This document shows, in pieces, positions 16,418 to 24,745 of a stretch of 59,687 nucleotides of DNA. The stretch comes from a virus (lineage: Duplodnaviria > Caudoviricetes), in IMG/VR virus record IMGVR_UViG_3300037584_004428, positions 1 through 59,687 of that record. One strand, 5' to 3'. The translations under genes were made by a program, and so were the position numbers. Position 1 is the stretch's first letter, and every line of letters starts with the position of its first letter. The notes beneath the pieces are model-generated. The model was not told the origin of the DNA, did no database searches, and saw nothing but the letters and a program-made list of their open reading frames with translations.

Positions 16418-17647
16418 ATGGCAATAATTCCGGATGCGCAACAATTCCATACACTGTCATCTACAGTGGATACTACAGAGAGAGGATCAGCATTGGCTAA
16501 TGCAAGTAGAGAGGTATACACAATGCAAGATATTAAGGAGTCAATATCAGCAATAGATGGTTCAGGTGTACAATACGCTGTTCCTGTATTTACAGATGCA
16601 AATACTTTAACTAGCTTACCAATAGGTAGCTCCGGTCAAGTTTTAACTTCAAATGGCTCTGGATCAAACCCTTCATTTCAAGCACTACAAGTAGTTACAA
16701 GTGGAGAAACAGCGTCAAACCCTAAATCATTATTTATTGGAACGCTTGCGTACGCTACAGCTTTAGCAGACGCAGATGTTGCAACGTTTCAAGGCAACTT
16801 GGCAGTTGGCCCTGGTGCTTTACAGACAAGTGTTCTTTCTAATAATGTAACAGGAATAGGTCTTTTTGCTTTTAGAAATCAAAATCAATCTGGTGGCTTA
16901 CCTTTTGCAACTGATGTAGACAGTGTAGCAGTAGGATCATACGCTGGATTTCTTCAAACGACTGCATCTAACAACACCTATGTTGGTCATGAAGCAGGAT
17001 ATTCAAACACCACTAGTAGTAACAACACTGCTATGGGTAATGAAGCATTGAAATCAAACAGTGGCGCTTCAAATACAGCTTTAGGAGGCGATGCTTTAAG
17101 AAATGCAACTGGTGTTAGTAACCACGTGGCTGTAGGTACAGGGGCTGGATCAAATAAAGCAACTGGAGGTAATTGTATTATTATTGGTAGCCAAGCACAA
17201 GCTTCAACTACTAGTATTAGCAATGAAATAACTTTAGGAGATTCTAACATTACATCTTTGAGATGTAATGTGACCTCTATTACATCTTTGTCTGACGAAA
17301 GAGATAAAACAGATATAGAAGATTTAGACACAGGATTAGATTTTATAAAATCATTAAAGCCTCGTAAATTTGTATGGGACAATAGACCTGTTGTTGTTAA
17401 AGAATTTTATAAAGATGAAGAAAATAATCCTCTAGAACGTGAGGTTGAAGTAACAAGCGTTAAAAAAGGTAGTAAGGATATAGGTTTTATAGCTCAAGAA
17501 TTAAAAACTATAGATAACGAATGGAGTCAGTTGGTAAATTCTAATAATCCTGATAAATTAGAAGCGAGTTACGGCAGGCTAATTCCAGTGCTTGTAAAAG
17601 CTATACAGGACTTATCAGCTGAATTAGATAAAAAACAAGATAAATAA
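16418..17647 (+). CDS. Fibre protein B1 with N.A.G..AL repeats and S74 chaperone
   Basis: MAIIP..QQFHTLSSTV N-terminus; SDERDK.DI.DL..GLDF..LKPRKFVWDNR; GFIAQE. Confidence 0.85.
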   Translation: MAIIPDAQQFHTLSSTVDTTERGSALANASREVYTMQDIKESISAIDGSGVQYAVPVFTDANTLTSLPIGSSGQVLTSNGSGSNPSFQALQVVTSGETASNPKSLFIGTLAYATALADADVATFQGNLAVGPGALQTSVLSNNVTGIGLFAFRNQNQSGGLPFATDVDSVAVGSYAGFLQTTASNNTYVGHEAGYSNTTSSNNTAMGNEALKSNSGASNTALGGDALRNATGVSNHVAVGTGAGSNKATGGNCIIIGSQAQASTTSISNEITLGDSNITSLRCNVTSITSLSDERDKTDIEDLDTGLDFIKSLKPRKFVWDNRPVVVKEFYKDEENNPLEREVEVTSVKKGSKDIGFIAQELKTIDNEWSQLVNSNNPDKLEASYGRLIPVLVKAIQDLSAELDKKQDK

Positions 17648-17659
17648 AAAACAAGATAA
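17628..17659 (+). repeat. 16-bp tandem duplication ataaaaaacaagataa at the B1 stop
   Basis: Two exact adjacent copies. Confidence 0.85.
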
Positions 17660-17669
17660 ATAATATACT

Positions 17670-19091
17670 ATGGCTATTATACCTACAGGACAACAATTCC
17701 ATACACTGTCATCTACGGTAAGCACACTTGAAAGAGGTTCTGCTTTTGCAAATGCAAGCAGAGAATCATTCACAATGCAAGATATAATAGACACTGTGTC
17801 AGCAGGCGGTGGGGGATTTCCCTTTTTAATAGACACACAATCTTTATATGCTGGTTTTGTTCCTCAGTTTTTATCAGGAAACCCACAAGGAAACACATTT
17901 TTAGGAATCGATACTGGTCAATTTCACACTACAGGTGTGTCTAATACTGCTATAGGCTACAAAGCAATGGTTGGGGGATTTGATGGAGAGGGTGATGAAT
18001 GTGTGTTTATTGGTTATGAAGCAGGGACAGGCAATAATACTCAAGATAGAAACGTCGGTATTGGGTACCAAGCAGCGCTTTCCCCCTCTGGTAATGATAA
18101 CGTAGCTGTAGGTTATAACGCTCAATCAGGAAGTTCTAAAAATGTTTCAATAGGTTCACAAGCAGGAGCTAGTTTAAGTAATGGAGGTGAAAATATATTT
18201 ATGGGAGCAAATGCTGGAGATGCTTTAACATCTGGAGATAGAAACATAGCAATCGGTACTGATGCATTAGGAGCAGCTACTGGATGCAGTGAAAACATAG
18301 CTATAGGAGACGATGCTTTAGCTACAAATAATGTATCTGGTAATTGGAATGTAGGTGTAGGAAAAAGTGCTTTAAAAAAATTAACTAGCGGAGAAAGAAA
18401 TGTCGGTATTGGTGGATATTTTGCTGGTGACGCTTTAACAACGGGGTCGAATAATACAACAGTAGGCTTTTGGAGTTTAAGCGCGGAGCAAACAGGTAGT
18501 GGAAACGTTGCGTTAGGTGAAGCTGCATTAAAAAATCAAAATGCTTCAACATCCACCTCCAATGCAAATATAGGTATAGGATACAGCGCTGGAAGTTCTT
18601 TATCAACAGGAACTAATAATATCGTTATAGGTACTAATGCTCAAGCTTCAAGTGGCACTGTAACAAATGAAATAACTTTAGGTAATTCTAGCATTACAGT
18701 AATAAGGGCAGCTGTAACAAGCATAACTTCTTTATCTGACGAAAGAGATAAAACAGATATACAGGATTTAGATACTGGATTAGATTTCGTGAATGCATTG
18801 AAGCCCCGTAAATTTGTATGGGACAATAGAAGTGAAACTGTAACAGAGCAGCAGATTGATGAAAATGGAGATATTACTGACATAGAAAAAGAATTGATAA
18901 ATTCTAATAGAGGTAAAAAAGACTTTGGATTTATAGCTCAAGAAGTTAAATCATTAGATAATGACACTTTAAGATTAATATACGACGAAAATCCTGACAA
19001 ACTAGAAATGAGTTATGGAAAATTAGTACCAATATTAGTAAAAGCGATACAGGACTTATCAGCTAAAGTAACAGAATTAGAAAATAAATAA
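17670..19091 (+). CDS. Fibre protein B2 with N.A.G..AL repeats and S74 chaperone
   Basis: Paralog of B1 and B3 at both ends. Confidence 0.85.
   Translation: MAIIPTGQQFHTLSSTVSTLERGSAFANASRESFTMQDIIDTVSAGGGGFPFLIDTQSLYAGFVPQFLSGNPQGNTFLGIDTGQFHTTGVSNTAIGYKAMVGGFDGEGDECVFIGYEAGTGNNTQDRNVGIGYQAALSPSGNDNVAVGYNAQSGSSKNVSIGSQAGASLSNGGENIFMGANAGDALTSGDRNIAIGTDALGAATGCSENIAIGDDALATNNVSGNWNVGVGKSALKKLTSGERNVGIGGYFAGDALTTGSNNTTVGFWSLSAEQTGSGNVALGEAALKNQNASTSTSNANIGIGYSAGSSLSTGTNNIVIGTNAQASSGTVTNEITLGNSSITVIRAAVTSITSLSDERDKTDIQDLDTGLDFVNALKPRKFVWDNRSETVTEQQIDENGDITDIEKELINSNRGKKDFGFIAQEVKSLDNDTLRLIYDENPDKLEMSYGKLVPILVKAIQDLSAKVTELENK
17709..17795 (+). repeat. 87-bp exact direct repeat (other copy 19141-19227)
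   Basis: tcatctacggtaagcacac...gatataatagacact is identical in B2 and B3. Confidence 0.95.
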
Positions 19092-19101
19092 ATAATATAC
19101 T

Positions 19102-20616
19102 ATGGCAATAATACCCACAGGACAACAATTTCACACCCTTTCATCTACGGTAAGCACACTTGAAAGAGGTTCTGCTTTTGCAAATGCAAGCAGAGAATCA
19201 TTCACAATGCAAGATATAATAGACACTATCTCAGCAACAGGAGGATCAATTGACGGCTCCGGTACAGCTAGAACAATTCCTTTTTTTACAGATGCAAATA
19301 CTATTGGTGATTCACCTTTAATAGTAAACACTTTTGTCCCTGGTGATGGTTTAGCGCAAATAAAATTTACTGACGGGTATAGGTTTATTATAAATAGGCC
19401 AGCAACTGTAACTAGTGGGGATATGGAATACGCAATTACTCAAGATGATGTTAATAAGGTTTCATTCGGCTGGGATGATGACGGGGGAGGTTTTGGATTT
19501 TTATATAACTGGTCTGGAGATGGCTGGAGAATGGGAGCTGCTGGAAACAATCCTATGCTTGAACTTGTTACAACTTCAGGATCAGAAAGTGTAAACTTGC
19601 ATAAACAGGTTAAATTTATAGATTATGGAAGTGGTACTTATACAGGCACAGCAGCTTATACTCTAGCAGTTGATGCTAGCGGTAATGTAATAGAAGAAAC
19701 TGCTGGAGGCGCCGGAGTTCCTTTTATTTTAGGGGGAACAAATTTTACAGACTCTCTTAAAGTTGGAGATACTACTACCGGTGTTTTAAGTGCTGCACAG
19801 TATAATGTAGGAGTAGGTGTTGCCTCTTTAGATGCTATCACAAGTGCCGATAGTTGTACGGCGGTAGGGTGGAGCAGTCTTGGTAATCTTACATCAGGAC
19901 AAGACAATACAGCTATGGGTAGTTTAGCAGGTGGCGGTATAAGTTCAGGACAGAACAATGTAAATATTGGAGCAAAATCATGTCAAAGTGGTAATATAAA
20001 TTTTAGCACAGGTGTGGGAGCTAGAACTTTGAGGTTTGGAGCAGTAGGAGCAGATAATAATGTAGCAGTAGGATTTAGCGCAGGTATACAAACGGAAGGA
20101 GCTCAAAACACAATGTTAGGAGCCCAAGCTGGAGGTAATTTAACTACAGGGGCTAACAATACAATTGTGGGATATAACGCAGAGCCATCATCCGCTACAG
20201 TGTCCAATGAAATAACTTTAGGTAATTCAAGTGTTTCTGTCATAAGGGCAGCTGTAACAAGTATAACTTCATTATCAGATGAAAGAGATAAAAAAGATAT
20301 AAAAGACATTACATACGGATTAGATTTTGTAAGTAAACTACAACCAAGAGAATTTGTATGGGATAACAGAGTAGAAAAAAGAGTTGTATTAGATGACGAG
20401 GGTAATGTAGAAAGTGAAATAGAGCATTACAGTGATAACAAAAACAAAAAAGATTTTGGGTTTATCGCACAAGAAGTTCAGGCTCATGATGACGATACCT
20501 TAAGATTAATATATGATGCCAATCCTGATAAATTAGAAATGAGTTATGGAAAATTAGTACCAATATTAGTAAAAGCTATTCAAGAATTAAAAGCTGAACT
20601 AGATTTGTTAAAATAA
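19102..20616 (+). CDS. Fibre protein B3 with extra domain and S74 chaperone
   Basis: Shared ends; a 43-bp stretch at 20534-20576 is identical to 19003-19045. Confidence 0.85.
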   Translation: MAIIPTGQQFHTLSSTVSTLERGSAFANASRESFTMQDIIDTISATGGSIDGSGTARTIPFFTDANTIGDSPLIVNTFVPGDGLAQIKFTDGYRFIINRPATVTSGDMEYAITQDDVNKVSFGWDDDGGGFGFLYNWSGDGWRMGAAGNNPMLELVTTSGSESVNLHKQVKFIDYGSGTYTGTAAYTLAVDASGNVIEETAGGAGVPFILGGTNFTDSLKVGDTTTGVLSAAQYNVGVGVASLDAITSADSCTAVGWSSLGNLTSGQDNTAMGSLAGGGISSGQNNVNIGAKSCQSGNINFSTGVGARTLRFGAVGADNNVAVGFSAGIQTEGAQNTMLGAQAGGNLTTGANNTIVGYNAEPSSATVSNEITLGNSSVSVIRAAVTSITSLSDERDKKDIKDITYGLDFVSKLQPREFVWDNRVEKRVVLDDEGNVESEIEHYSDNKNKKDFGFIAQEVQAHDDDTLRLIYDANPDKLEMSYGKLVPILVKAIQELKAELDLLK

Positions 20617-20663
20617 ATAATAATATATAAATTTGAAAAACATTAATATTAAAATTAAATAAA

Positions 20664-20921
20664 ATGAGTGAACAAGTAAGAAAAGTAAGTGAAGAACATT
20701 TAAGTAAACTTCAAGAATTAAACCAACAATTCACCACCATGCACCAACAAGTTGCTGAGTTAGAAGTAAGGAAATTCCAGGTAGTAGCTGGTATTGAAAC
20801 TTTAAGAGCTGAGTTTAAAACTTTTGAAGGCGAGTTAATTAAAGAATACGGAGACAACGTAGTCATTAATTTACAAACTGGTGAAATAAAAGACAAACCA
20901 GAAGATGGCGAAAATAAGTAA
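20664..20921 (+). CDS. Coiled-coil hypothetical protein (possible fibre chaperone)
   Basis: Heptad pattern ending KEYGD.VINLQTGEI; TAAATTTG box at 20628-20635 upstream. Confidence 0.7.
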   Translation: MSEQVRKVSEEHLSKLQELNQQFTTMHQQVAELEVRKFQVVAGIETLRAEFKTFEGELIKEYGDNVVINLQTGEIKDKPEDGENK

Positions 20922-21453
20922 TATAACAGCATATCCTACAATCAGTAATCTAAATGGAAGCGATTATTTAATCATAACAGATGCAAATAATTCATTAGCA
21001 ACTAAAACCGTAACCCTTTCACAAGTTCAAAGTTTTTTAGGTCTAGCTTCGGATTCTCCTGTAATAGCAAATGTTTCTGTAAGCAGCGCAACCTTATTAA
21101 CATTAGCTACTACTCCAGCAACTCTAGTTGCAGCACCAGGATTAGGAAAGGTTCTTGATATAATAAGCATAATGTGTTATATGGACGCAGGGGCAACTCC
21201 TTATGATTTCACACCTAGCTTGCCAGTTAAAATAGGTTCTGAAACGATAGGATCGGTTTCAAATGGCGCAACAGCTATGAATACAGCGGTGGACGCAGTT
21301 TTTAAACCTGAGACTCCTAATTCCTCTACAGAAATTATAGCGCAAAACACTGCGTTAACTTTACACGCTGGTGGAAGTAATCCTACACAGGGTACAGGAG
21401 TTTTATATGTAAATGTATACTACAGGGTGTTAACTGTCGGTTCAAGCTTCTAA
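20905..21453 (+). CDS. Short virion appendage protein (MAKIS... N-terminal docking motif)
   Basis: KIS...DYLIITD....TKTVTLSQV N-terminus followed by a beta-rich domain. Confidence 0.65.
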   Translation: MAKISNITAYPTISNLNGSDYLIITDANNSLATKTVTLSQVQSFLGLASDSPVIANVSVSSATLLTLATTPATLVAAPGLGKVLDIISIMCYMDAGATPYDFTPSLPVKIGSETIGSVSNGATAMNTAVDAVFKPETPNSSTEIIAQNTALTLHAGGSNPTQGTGVLYVNVYYRVLTVGSSF

Positions 21454-21458
21454 TCAAA

Positions 21459-21683
21459 ATGGATATTAGGAAGATTTCAATAGGCTCGGACTATAAGTCT
21501 AGCGCTATGCATTATCTTGTGGGTCAATCAATATTAGGCGGCTCGTATACTATTCATTTAATTCAATACGAAAGCAGTAGTGATTCAATAAAAATATGGA
21601 TAGAAAGGCAAAATGAAATATTGCTATGGAAAGAGTTTAACTCTAACATGCCTATATCTATAGAATATAATATTAATTTTTAA
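21459..21683 (+). CDS. Hypothetical phage protein (IRKISIG.DYK..AMHY.VGQ)
   Basis: 74-aa ORF coupled to the next gene. Confidence 0.75.
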   Translation: MDIRKISIGSDYKSSAMHYLVGQSILGGSYTIHLIQYESSSDSIKIWIERQNEILLWKEFNSNMPISIEYNINF

Positions 21684-22246
21684 TGAAATCCCCACACTAT
21701 TTTATCGTAAAACCTTTGAAGGGTAGAAGGTATGATAATATAAAAAAAATAGGTGGAATAGATTTTTACACTAGCGTATCTCAGGAAGATCATACGGCTA
21801 CAAACAGATTTGCAGAAGTTGTAAGCACCCCTTTAAATTACAAAGGCGATATAGATAAGGGGGATATTCTGCTAGTTCATCATAATGTATTTAAGATATA
21901 TTATGACATGAAGGGTAGGGAGAAAAGCGGTAGAAGTTTTTTCAAAGAGGATTTGTTTTTTATAGACTATGATCAGTTTTATATGTATTGCAAAAATAAT
22001 AAATGGAAAACTCATTCAAAGTATTGTTTTATAAAACCTGTTTCAGTTCGTGAATCCATAATCATGAAGCCAGTTGAAGAAGAACCATTAGTGGGTATTG
22101 TTAAATATACTAATCCAATATTGACAAAACTAGGCGTAAAAGAAAATGATGAAGTGGTGTTTGAGCCAGAATGCGAATATCCATTTTACATAAATGGAGA
22201 GAAGCTCTACAGGATGTTTTGGAATAATATAACTATGGTATTATGA
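21683..22246 (+). CDS. Tandem GroES-like protein (two Cpn10-like halves)
   Basis: FIVKP...AEVVSTP...IDKGDILLVHH, then CFIKP...GIVKY...GVKENDEVVF...FYINGEKLYRM. Confidence 0.6.
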   Translation: MKSPHYFIVKPLKGRRYDNIKKIGGIDFYTSVSQEDHTATNRFAEVVSTPLNYKGDIDKGDILLVHHNVFKIYYDMKGREKSGRSFFKEDLFFIDYDQFYMYCKNNKWKTHSKYCFIKPVSVRESIIMKPVEEEPLVGIVKYTNPILTKLGVKENDEVVFEPECEYPFYINGEKLYRMFWNNITMVL

Positions 22247-22521
22247 AGTCATCAGAAGATTTAAAGTTAGATATAATTAGCGCAGGAAGAGAGGCTGTAG
22301 CTCAACTTATTAAAGTTGCTAAAGAAGATATAATTAAGTACGATAAAGATGATGAGTTGGCGGCAGATAGATTAAAAAATGCAGCGGCTACAAAAAAGCT
22401 AGCTATATTCGATGCATTTGAAATACTAACCAGAATTGAATTAGAAAAAGATTTGTTGAACGGAGTGGAAAAAGAAGAGGAAAAATCAAGACAGGGGTTT
22501 GCAGAAAGAAGGTCAAAATAA
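22243..22521 (+). CDS. Putative terminase small subunit
   Basis: Helical 92-aa protein directly upstream of and overlapping terL; call rests on position. Confidence 0.5.
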   Translation: MKSSEDLKLDIISAGREAVAQLIKVAKEDIIKYDKDDELAADRLKNAAATKKLAIFDAFEILTRIELEKDLLNGVEKEEEKSRQGFAERRSK

Positions 22522-24745
22522 ATTATACAAAGTAGTTGATAATCATATATCTAAGCAGTCTATGCTTAAGATGAATCAAAATAAATCTTGGCAATATGGA
22601 TACAATCCAAAACACGATTTAGTTGTAATTAGTAAAGACGGCACCATAGGTGAAATTTATAATATAAATGGTTTACTAATAGGATTACCTAAAGCGCCTA
22701 AAAACATACATAAAAATTCAAAAAAATCAGTCGATCAATATTGGCTTGCATTTAAATATCCTAAATCATTATCTCGAATAAATTCAATATTTCAATGGCA
22801 TGAAATGAGTAGTGAATTTAAAAATGAATGGGTAAATTATATAGAGTCTGAGTTTGATAGAAGGGAAGAAGGTTTTTGGTTTTATAATAATGGCACGCCT
22901 ACATATATTACAGGCACGCACTACATGTATTTACAGTGGACTAAAATAGATATAGGAAAGCCAGAGTTTAGGGAAGCCAATAGAATATTTTATATATTTT
23001 GGGAGGCGTGTAAAGCAGACAAAAGAAGTTTTGGAATGTGTTACCTTAAAATTAGACGTTCGGGGTTTTCTTTTATGGGGTCTTGTGAAGCTGTTAATAC
23101 CGCTACAATTAGCAAGGACGCAAGAGTGGGTATACTATCTAAAACAGGATCCGATGCAAAAAAAATGTTTACTGACAAAGTAGTGCCCATCTCCAACAAC
23201 TATCCTTTCTTTTTCAAGCCTATACAGGATGGTATGGATAGACCTAAAACAGAATTGGCTTACAGGGTGCCCGCTTCTAAGATAACAAAAAAGAATATGT
23301 TTGAAACAGAAGATGAAGAGCTGGAGGGGTTAGATACAACTATCGACTGGAAAAATACTGCAGATAACAGTTATGATGGTGAGAAACTAAAATTACTAAT
23401 TCATGATGAATCAGGTAAATGGCTCAAGCCAGATAACATTATAAATAACTGGAATGTTACTAAAACTTGTTTAAGATTAGGTAGTAAAGTTATAGGAAAA
23501 TGTATGATGGGCTCCACTTCAAACGCCTTGGATAAGGGGGGTGAAAATTTTAAAAAACTATTCTACAATTCAGATGTAACTAAGAGAAATCAAAACGGTC
23601 AAACAAAAAGTGGATTATACAATTTGTTCATACCTATGGAATGGAACTTTGAAGGCTATATAGATAAGTATGGCATGCCAGTATTTAATACACCTGACAC
23701 GGGAGTAGAGGGTTCGGATGGTGAATTAATATATCAAGGCGCATTAAATTATTGGGAAAATGAAGTTGAGTCTTTAAAAAAAGATCCAGATGTATTAAAT
23801 GAATTTTACAGGCAGTTTCCAAGAACAGACTCTCATGCGTTTAGAGACGAGAGTAAGCAATCTTTATTTAATCTAACTAAAATTTATCAGCAAATAGATT
23901 ACAATGATTCTTTAATTAAAGAGCACTATTTAACAAGAGGTAGATTTAGTTGGAAGGATGGAATAAAAGACACTAAGGTAGTTTGGTCACCTGACAATAG
24001 AGGTAGGTTTTTAGTATCATGGATACCAGAAAAGAACTTACAAAACTGTAGGGTGAATCAAAATGGAAAGTATCTCCCAGGTAACGAACACTTAGGTAGC
24101 TTTGGTTGTGATTCCTATGATATATCCGGAACAGTTGGTGGTGGAGGATCAAACGGCGCTTTACATGGACTAACAAAATTCAATATGGATAACGCTCCTA
24201 GTAATGAATTTTTTTTAGAATACGTAGCTAGACCTCAAACAGCAGAATTATTTTTTGAAGATGTTTTAATGGCTTGTGTTTTTTATGGAATGCCTATATT
24301 AGTAGAAAATAACAAACCGAGATTGTTGTATCATTTCAAAAACAGAGGTTATAGAAAATATTGTATGAATCGACCAGATAAAGTATACAACAAACTTTCT
24401 AAGTCTGAAAAAGAAATAGGAGGTATACCTAATTCCTCCGAAGAGGTAAAGCAAGCTCATGCAAGTGCGATTGAAAGTTATATAGAAAAACATGTAGGGA
24501 TGGATATGGATGGTATGTTTAGAGAAAAATTAGACATGGGTTCTATGTATTTTAACAGAACTTTAGAGGATTGGGCAAGGTTTAATATTAATAACCGAAC
24601 TAAGTTTGATGCAACTATTAGCTCTGGGTTAGCTATTATGGCTAATCAAAAGCACTTATATACACCACAAAAAAAAGAGTCAAAAATAAAGATTAACTTT
24701 GCAAGGTATAATAATAAAGGATTATATAGCGAAATACGCAATTAA
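22499..24745 (+). CDS. terL: Terminase large subunit
   Basis: Walker A-like LKIRRSGFS, Walker B LLIHDESGKW, coupling motif GSTSN, nuclease GCDSYD, LVENNKP and KFDATISSG; TTG start. Confidence 0.92.
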   Translation: MQKEGQNKLYKVVDNHISKQSMLKMNQNKSWQYGYNPKHDLVVISKDGTIGEIYNINGLLIGLPKAPKNIHKNSKKSVDQYWLAFKYPKSLSRINSIFQWHEMSSEFKNEWVNYIESEFDRREEGFWFYNNGTPTYITGTHYMYLQWTKIDIGKPEFREANRIFYIFWEACKADKRSFGMCYLKIRRSGFSFMGSCEAVNTATISKDARVGILSKTGSDAKKMFTDKVVPISNNYPFFFKPIQDGMDRPKTELAYRVPASKITKKNMFETEDEELEGLDTTIDWKNTADNSYDGEKLKLLIHDESGKWLKPDNIINNWNVTKTCLRLGSKVIGKCMMGSTSNALDKGGENFKKLFYNSDVTKRNQNGQTKSGLYNLFIPMEWNFEGYIDKYGMPVFNTPDTGVEGSDGELIYQGALNYWENEVESLKKDPDVLNEFYRQFPRTDSHAFRDESKQSLFNLTKIYQQIDYNDSLIKEHYLTRGRFSWKDGIKDTKVVWSPDNRGRFLVSWIPEKNLQNCRVNQNGKYLPGNEHLGSFGCDSYDISGTVGGGGSNGALHGLTKFNMDNAPSNEFFLEYVARPQTAELFFEDVLMACVFYGMPILVENNKPRLLYHFKNRGYRKYCMNRPDKVYNKLSKSEKEIGGIPNSSEEVKQAHASAIESYIEKHVGMDMDGMFREKLDMGSMYFNRTLEDWARFNINNRTKFDATISSGLAIMANQKHLYTPQKKESKIKINFARYNNKGLYSEIRN

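Noticed and set aside
3421-20616. Diversity-generating retroelement or invertase shufflon acting on the fibres
   Set aside because: No reverse transcriptase or site-specific recombinase in the window; repeats are direct and lack adenine-specific mismatches.
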